Positions 58,172-64,000 of a stretch of 64,000 nt of DNA are shown piece by piece; positions within the stretch are counted from its first letter, which is position 1; each line of letters begins with the position of its first letter. The stretch comes from an uncultured Christensenellaceae bacterium (GTDB taxonomy: Bacteria; Bacillota; Clostridia; Christensenellales; UBA3700): the NCBI GenBank assembly GCA_944381325.1, contig CALWKS010000001.1, positions 587,636 to 651,635 of the forward strand, given 5' to 3'. The notes below the pieces were generated by a model. That model saw only the letters and a list, made by a program, of their open reading frames with translations. It was not told where the DNA came from and did not search any database. Position numbers and translations under genes: made by a program.

Positions 58172-60772
58172 ATGGACGAAAAGAAAATCAAAGAACTCGT
58201 CTCCCAGATGACATTGGAAGAAAAAGCGTCTTTATGTTCCGGCAAGGATTTCTGGACAACGAAGACCGTATCCAGACTCGGCATAGGCAGTTTTGTCATG
58301 TCAGACGGTCCTCATGGTCTGCGCAAAGAAAATGAAGACGACGACAACGTGGGCATGAAGAGCTCTTTTCCCGCAACAGCGTTCCCTCCGGCGGTGTCTC
58401 TTGCCGCTACCTGGAACGAAGAACTTGCTAAAGAGGTCGGCGATGCGCTCGGCAAACAATGCCTTGACCAGAAAGTCGACATACTCTTAGGACCCGGCGT
58501 AAACATCAAACGTTCTCCTCTTTGCGGAAGAAATTTTGAATACTTTTCTGAAGATCCTTATCTTGCAGGCAAACTGGGCTCTGCATATATCGAGGGCGTT
58601 CAGCAAAACGGCGTCGGCACGTCGCTTAAGCACTTCTGTGCCAACAACAACGAACACCTGAGAATGACGATAAGCAGTATCGTTGACGAACGTGCACTCA
58701 GAGAGATCTATCTGCCCGCATTCGAAATGTGCTCAAAAAAGCAGCCTTACACAGTAATGGCGTCTTACAACAAGATAAACGGCGTCTACGCGACCGACAA
58801 CGTCAGACTTCTTGACGGCGTACTGCGCAAAGAATGGGGCTATGACGGTCTTGTCGTCAGCGACTGGAACGCTACCAACGACCGCGTGGCAGGAATCCGC
58901 GCCGGTATGGATCTTGAAATGCCTGCAAGCGGCGGCAAAAACGACGCTCTGATAGTGGAAGCCGTCAAGAAAGGCACTCTAGAAGAAGCGGCTCTCGACA
59001 AAGTCGTTACGCGCATACTCAAGCTGCTTTACAAATGCGAAGACGCGCGTAAGAAGGATTATAAAGCCGATTACGACGCCGCGCACGACCTGGCAAGACG
59101 TGTTGCCGAAGAAAGCATTATCCTGCTTAAAAACGATGAAAATCTGCTCCCTGCAGACGAAAACAACGACCTTCTCGTAATAGGTGCGCTTGCTAAACAC
59201 AGCCGTTATCAGGGCTCAGGCAGCAGCAGAATAAATCCTTACAAGCTTGTATCTTTTACAGACTGTCTCGAAGCCCGCGACAAAAAATACGACTATGCCG
59301 AAGGCTACACGCTCAAAGGCAACGGACACGATGAAGGGCTTTACGCTGAAGCGATCAACAAAGCTAAAAACTTTGACGGCACTATAGTATGCTTTATCGG
59401 TCTTACCGACAACTACGAAAGCGAGGGTTACGACCGTTCACACCTTGCTCTGCCTGCGGCGCACGACAAACTGGTCAACGCTCTCAAAGGACTGGGCAAA
59501 GACGTTGTATTCGTACTTTCAGGCGGCTCACCAGTGCTTATGCCGTGGCTTAAGAATACAAGCACTCTTATAAACGCTTATCTTCCCGGCGAAGCAGGCG
59601 GCGAAGCAATATACGACGTTATATTCGGCAAGGTAAATCCCAGCGGAAAACTGGCGGAAACCTATCCTCTCGCAGAAAACGATTCTCTCGCTTCAAAGTA
59701 TTTCCCGATGGGTCCGATAAACGTTGAATACAGAGAAAGCATTTATGTAGGATACCGCTATTACGACGCGGCAAAGAAAGACGTTACTTTTCCGTTCGGC
59801 TACGGTCTTTCTTACACTACTTTCGAATATTCAGACCTCAAATGCTCTCAGGACAAAGTCAGCTTCACCGTAACGAACACGGGCAAATTCGACGGCGCAG
59901 AGGTATGCCAGCTGTATATTTCAGATAAAAACCCCGTAGTATTCAAAGCGCCCAAAGAACTCAAAGGCTTTAAAAAAGTCTTCCTGAAAGCAGGCGAAAG
60001 TGCAAAGGTAACGCTTGAGCTCGATATGCGCTCTTTCGCGTTCTACAACACTACGATGAACAAGTGGTATGCGCCTAAAGGACAATACGGAATACTTATC
60101 GGCTCTTCGTCCAGAGACATCAAACTTGAAGGCGTTGTAGACGTGGATTTCAACGACGTTCAGCCCATACCCGATTACGCTACGATCTGCCCTCAGTATT
60201 ACGATATTGAAAATGCAGAGACCATTGACGACAGCCAATTCCACCATCTCTACGGCAAATCAATAGCTCCCAACGTTGCGCCCAAGCGCGGCGAATTCAA
60301 TTACAACACGACTATAGGCGACTTCTCCTGCTGTCTGATAGGCAAAATCATAATCAAAGTTGCGCCCAAACTTATCAAATCGCAAGTTCCTGACGCTGAC
60401 ATGACGACAATGATAATGCTGACTCAAGGAATGAAAGCCATGCCGCTGAGAGGTCTTACGGGCATTACGAGCGGTCTTATCGACACACGTCTTATCGACG
60501 GCATGTTACTCTGGGGAAACAAGCACAGACTGCGCGGACTTATAAAGATGATCGGCGGTATATTCGGCTCGATCTACAATATAAACAAAAAAGACGAAGC
60601 CAACGCAAGACGTAAGGAACTCAAACGCCAGCAGAAAGAACAAGAAAAACTTTTAGCACAACAGCAGAAAGAAGAAGAAAAAAGGCTTGCGCTTGAAGAA
60701 AAAGAAAAAGCAAAGCAAGAAAAAGAAAAGGCTAAACAAGAAAAAGCCTCACTTAAAGAAAAGAAGCAATAA
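58172..60772 (+). CDS. Glycoside hydrolase family 3 (beta-glucosidase-like) with ~170-aa C-terminal extension ending in a K/E coiled-coil tail
   Basis: 866 aa. GH3 motifs SDGPHGLRK, KHFCANN and GLVVSDW, with an Fn3-like domain. The tail contains EKEKAKQ x2. Confidence 0.88.
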   Translation: MDEKKIKELVSQMTLEEKASLCSGKDFWTTKTVSRLGIGSFVMSDGPHGLRKENEDDDNVGMKSSFPATAFPPAVSLAATWNEELAKEVGDALGKQCLDQKVDILLGPGVNIKRSPLCGRNFEYFSEDPYLAGKLGSAYIEGVQQNGVGTSLKHFCANNNEHLRMTISSIVDERALREIYLPAFEMCSKKQPYTVMASYNKINGVYATDNVRLLDGVLRKEWGYDGLVVSDWNATNDRVAGIRAGMDLEMPASGGKNDALIVEAVKKGTLEEAALDKVVTRILKLLYKCEDARKKDYKADYDAAHDLARRVAEESIILLKNDENLLPADENNDLLVIGALAKHSRYQGSGSSRINPYKLVSFTDCLEARDKKYDYAEGYTLKGNGHDEGLYAEAINKAKNFDGTIVCFIGLTDNYESEGYDRSHLALPAAHDKLVNALKGLGKDVVFVLSGGSPVLMPWLKNTSTLINAYLPGEAGGEAIYDVIFGKVNPSGKLAETYPLAENDSLASKYFPMGPINVEYRESIYVGYRYYDAAKKDVTFPFGYGLSYTTFEYSDLKCSQDKVSFTVTNTGKFDGAEVCQLYISDKNPVVFKAPKELKGFKKVFLKAGESAKVTLELDMRSFAFYNTTMNKWYAPKGQYGILIGSSSRDIKLEGVVDVDFNDVQPIPDYATICPQYYDIENAETIDDSQFHHLYGKSIAPNVAPKRGEFNYNTTIGDFSCCLIGKIIIKVAPKLIKSQVPDADMTTMIMLTQGMKAMPLRGLTGITSGLIDTRLIDGMLLWGNKHRLRGLIKMIGGIFGSIYNINKKDEANARRKELKRQQKEQEKLLAQQQKEEEKRLALEEKEKAKQEKEKAKQEKASLKEKKQ

Positions 60773-60840
60773 CACGCAGAGCGCGTTCCTTAAAAGGAGC
60801 GCGCTTAAGTATATTTACGAAAAAATCTTAAAGGAGACGT

Positions 60841-61380
60841 ATGGCAAAAAGACTTATACATCTTTATGGAGCGTCAGGTTCGGGTACAAGTTCTCTGGGC
60901 AGATATATAGCCGAAAAAAGCGGCTGTTTTTTCATGGATACTGACGATTATTACTGGGCGCCGACAAATCCTCCTTTTACGCTTAAACGCACTCACGAAG
61001 AAAGGCTTGAGCTTATAAACAAAGAACTTGAAAAGCATGAGAAAGTTGTTTTGTCAGGCTCTCTGGTTGGCTGGGGCGACGAGCTGATCCCCGAAATAAC
61101 GCTTGCAATACGCGTAGTTACAGATACCGACACAAGACTGCAACGCATTAAACAGAGAGAAAAAGCGCGCTTCGGCGCGCGTATAGAACAAGGCGGCGAT
61201 ATGTATGAAACGCACGTTGAATTCCTTAAATGGGCGTCAGAATACGACACAGGAGGGATAAATATGAGAAGCGAACTGAGACACGACGAATGGCAAAAAC
61301 TTCTCACCTGTCCGATCTGCATTGTTGACGGCTCAGAGTCGTTTGGAAATAATTATATTAAGATAAAAAAGTTTCTATAA
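60841..61380 (+). CDS. Small P-loop kinase/AAA-like ATPase (adenylate/shikimate kinase fold family)
   Basis: 179 aa with Walker A GASGSGTSSLG. Confidence 0.6.
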   Translation: MAKRLIHLYGASGSGTSSLGRYIAEKSGCFFMDTDDYYWAPTNPPFTLKRTHEERLELINKELEKHEKVVLSGSLVGWGDELIPEITLAIRVVTDTDTRLQRIKQREKARFGARIEQGGDMYETHVEFLKWASEYDTGGINMRSELRHDEWQKLLTCPICIVDGSESFGNNYIKIKKFL

Positions 61381-61504
61381 AGACGTATAATCAAAGACAC
61401 TTATATTCCTCAAAAACAGCGTTATCTTTTACGAAAATTCTTAGAAAAAATCCGCAGGACACTAAGTCTTGCGGATTTGATATTATTCAGATACTGTTAA
61501 TCTA

Positions 61505-62209
61505 TTACGGTCTTACTCTGCTGTTTACGATTTCCTTGGTTGCAGGATCGATAAGAACGGACATATCGTCATTGCGGTCGCGCACAAAAGAAACGTACCA
61601 ATAATATTTGCTCTCGCTGTCCTTTCTGTCATTGACGAATCTTACGAAGATTTCTCTCTGCCAACCGTCTTCTGCGGCGATTTCAGCGTCGATCTGTTGC
61701 TTATAATATTCGTATGCGGTCTTTACTGCTTCAGCGGAATCGATCACGTCAGCCATTCTGTCTGTAAGTTCGATCGTATATTCTTCGGTTTCCTCTCCGC
61801 TGACGACCTTAACAACCACAGTCGAAGGAGTGCCAACAGCCGACAAATCACTTATGTCTGCGATAAATGCGCTGCCCAGAACGTTTTTGGAAAGCACGCC
61901 GTCGATCTTATCGCTGTCAGACTGCAACGAATAAGATATTTCGCCTTCAGGCATCGTCTTGGGCTTTACCACAAGAGTTGTGCGGGTAACCATATTTCCC
62001 ACCTTGCCGTCAGCAATGAAAGCTTCTTCCTGAGACAGAGTTGAAAGCGTTATTTCAAAGTTGTCGTCAGCGCCCGTATAGCAAGCGGTCTGACGGCTGC
62101 TTACGCTTTCGGTAAGAATCTCGTCTGTAGTCTTTTTTTCGCTGCAAGCCACGAAAAGAAGCAGACAGCAAATTACTGCACAAACTATAATAAAAATCTT
62201 TTTTGTCAT
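61505..62209 (-). CDS. Putative lipoprotein, unknown function
   Basis: Signal peptide with lipobox LLFVACSE. Confidence 0.6.
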   Translation of the reverse strand: MTKKIFIIVCAVICCLLLFVACSEKKTTDEILTESVSSRQTACYTGADDNFEITLSTLSQEEAFIADGKVGNMVTRTTLVVKPKTMPEGEISYSLQSDSDKIDGVLSKNVLGSAFIADISDLSAVGTPSTVVVKVVSGEETEEYTIELTDRMADVIDSAEAVKTAYEYYKQQIDAEIAAEDGWQREIFVRFVNDRKDSESKYYWYVSFVRDRNDDMSVLIDPATKEIVNSRVRP

Positions 62210-62428
62210 AAACCCTCCGTGTTGTACAATAAAGCATATTTGGCCAAAACGCGGTATATGACAAAGAGTGAAAATTTTTTAACCATTTTATAACAACACG
62301 CACGCGCTTTATTTTGCATGCCCGTGTTGAAAAACAGCGGTTTTAAGTCTGAAAATTTTAAAAGCATGCCGCTTTTGCTCTCGCATATTACGTTTAATCG
62401 TATTATCTCGTGCAATTTGTTAAGAGCA

Positions 62429-62454
62429 TAAAAAAACCGACGCCTCGGCGTCGG
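62429..62454 (-). terminator. Rho-independent terminator after ntpD
   Basis: CCGACGCC-TC-GGCGTCGG with an A8 run on plus, which is a T-run on minus. Confidence 0.85.
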
Positions 62455-62478
62455 ATTTAATACATAAAGAAAGTATCT

Positions 62479-63114
62479 TTACTGCTTTTCAGCAAGTATG
62501 GATTTTATCTTCATAAGTCTTACGGTGTTGCCTCTCTCGTTCTCATCGAGCTTCATCGTGATGTAGCGGATAGTCTCCTCTGTCTGAGGGATCATGACGT
62601 ATTCGAGAGCGTTTACTCTGCGACGGTTTTTCTCTATCTCGTCCGCGAGCATATTGCAGGTTTTCTCTATTTCAGCCAGCTTGACCAACTTCTGCATAAG
62701 CTCTGTGAGTATCGCTATCGAGCCGTCAAGTTCAGCCGTTACAGAGCCGTAAGAATAAGGATATTTATCCTCGCCCTGCGTTTTCTTGAGTTCGAATTTA
62801 GGCACGATAACGCTCATGACGTTATTCGTCTGAGCTTCCAGTTTGATTTCAGACGACGGCATGGCAACGGCTTCCTGAATGGCGTATTCATCGCTTACAG
62901 CCTTCGCAAGCACAAAACTTTTGAGCGCGTCCGACAGTTCTTCTTCGACCTGTTCTCTGAGCGCCTTGTTCTGTTTTGCATATTCCATAAACCGTCTTAT
63001 CATTTCGTCCGACTTGTCTTTGAGCAGTTTATGCCCGCGGACAGCTGTTTTTAGTCTGTCCTTGAGTCTTCTCAGCTCCATTCTTGTCGGATTTACTTTA
63101 AGTCTTTCTGCCAT
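62479..63114 (-). CDS. ntpD: V-type ATP synthase subunit D
   Basis: MAERLKVNPTRMELRRLKDRLKTAVRGHKLLKDK is the family-typical N-terminus. Confidence 0.92.
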   Translation of the reverse strand: MAERLKVNPTRMELRRLKDRLKTAVRGHKLLKDKSDEMIRRFMEYAKQNKALREQVEEELSDALKSFVLAKAVSDEYAIQEAVAMPSSEIKLEAQTNNVMSVIVPKFELKKTQGEDKYPYSYGSVTAELDGSIAILTELMQKLVKLAEIEKTCNMLADEIEKNRRRVNALEYVMIPQTEETIRYITMKLDENERGNTVRLMKIKSILAEKQ

Positions 63115-63117
63115 AGA

Positions 63118-64000
63118 TTATTCTTCCGCTTCAGGTTTCTTGATTTTATCGTAATACTGTTCAAGGTATTTGTCTGAAATACGCTTCATTTCCGTTCTGG
63201 GCAATATCGTAAGAAGTTCCCAGCCTATCTGCAGAGTTTCTTCAATCGATCTGTTTTCGTTAAAGCCCTGGTTTACGTATCTTTCTTCAAACGCTTCTGC
63301 AAATTCAGCATACTTGCGGTCAACGGGAGTAAGCGCCGCGTCGCCGAGGATCGCAGAAAGCTCCTTAGCTTCTTTACCTTGAGCGTATGCAGCAAACAGC
63401 TGATTCATTGAATCGGGGTGATCTTCTCTCGTCTTGTTCTTACCAATACCCTTATTCTTAAGACGGGACAGCGACGGCAATACGTCGATAGGCGGATTTA
63501 TGCCCTTCTTGTAAAGCTCTCTGCTGAGAATGATCTGTCCTTCTGTGATGTAACCCGTAAGGTCAGGGATAGGATGCGTCTTGTCGTCTTCAGGCATGGT
63601 CAGAATAGGTATCTGAGTGATACTGCCTTCCTTTCCTCTAATTCTGCCCGCTCTTTCGTAAATGGTGGCAAGGTCGGTATAAAGATAACCGGGGTAACCG
63701 CGTCTTCCCGGCACTTCCTTACGCGCCGCGGAAACTTCTCTGAGTGCTTCGCAGTAGTTGGTGATATCCGTCATGATTACAAGGACGTGCATGCCCTTTT
63801 CAAATGCAAGATATTCTGCCGCCGTAAGCGCCATTCTCGGGGTAGCGATTCTCTCTACCGCAGGGTCGTTTGCAAGGTTTACAAACATGACAGCTCTTTC
63901 GATAGCGCCTGTACGTCTGAAGTCCTGCATGAAATATTCGGCTTCTTCGTAAGTAATGCCTATTGCGGCGAAAACAACCGCGAATTTGCTGTCCTTACCG
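63118..64000 (-). CDS. ntpB: V-type ATP synthase subunit B, C-terminal ~294 codons; continues beyond window end
   Basis: The frame stays open to the window edge (...[22 protein letters not shown]...). [23 protein letters not shown] is the B-subunit motif. Confidence 0.93.
   Translation of the reverse strand, partial: GKDSKFAVVFAAIGITYEEAEYFMQDFRRTGAIERAVMFVNLANDPAVERIATPRMALTAAEYLAFEKGMHVLVIMTDITNYCEALREVSAARKEVPGRRGYPGYLYTDLATIYERAGRIRGKEGSITQIPILTMPEDDKTHPIPDLTGYITEGQIILSRELYKKGINPPIDVLPSLSRLKNKGIGKNKTREDHPDSMNQLFAAYAQGKEAKELSAILGDAALTPVDRKYAEFAEAFEERYVNQGFNENRSIEETLQIGWELLTILPRTEMKRISDKYLEQYYDKIKKPEAEE

Overview
This is a 64-kb chromosomal window from an anaerobic, spore-forming Firmicute (Clostridia-like). 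Supporting genes are spoIIID, spoVG, a spoVB-like flippase, a flavodiiron protein, a Crp/Fnr regulator, V-type ATPase subunits and GTP-PEPCK. Most of the window is housekeeping: pck, thrC, hom, prfA-prmC-rpmE, murC, uvrBA, coaX, glyQS and guaB. The one clear accessory element is a complete, canonical type II-A CRISPR-Cas9 locus at about 4.77-12.96 kb. It has cas9-cas1-cas2-csn2, 31 repeats with 30 spacers, and a predictable tracrRNA. It is more AT-rich than its flanks (hand-sampled lines about 37% versus about 50% GC). I did not find a convincing new multi-gene system. The items most worth a second look are listed here:
- a 1.4-kb ORF-free, roughly 25% GC island downstream of guaB (55.0-56.4 kb)
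- an 88-aa stand-alone protein carrying the NrdD-type glycyl-radical C-terminal motif, between a Crp/Fnr regulator and a flavodiiron protein
- a 58-nt tandem structured element framed by promoter-like and terminator signals downstream of uvrA
- a strong candidate cas9 promoter that would make the cas9 leader antisense to the tracrRNA
- a THF riboswitch upstream of a folT-like gene
- a 60-aa peptide that is 22% cysteine
- a 1279-aa surface protein with five CBM-like modules

All calls come from reading the sequence and recalled family motifs. No database search was run. RNA ends and start codons are approximate.
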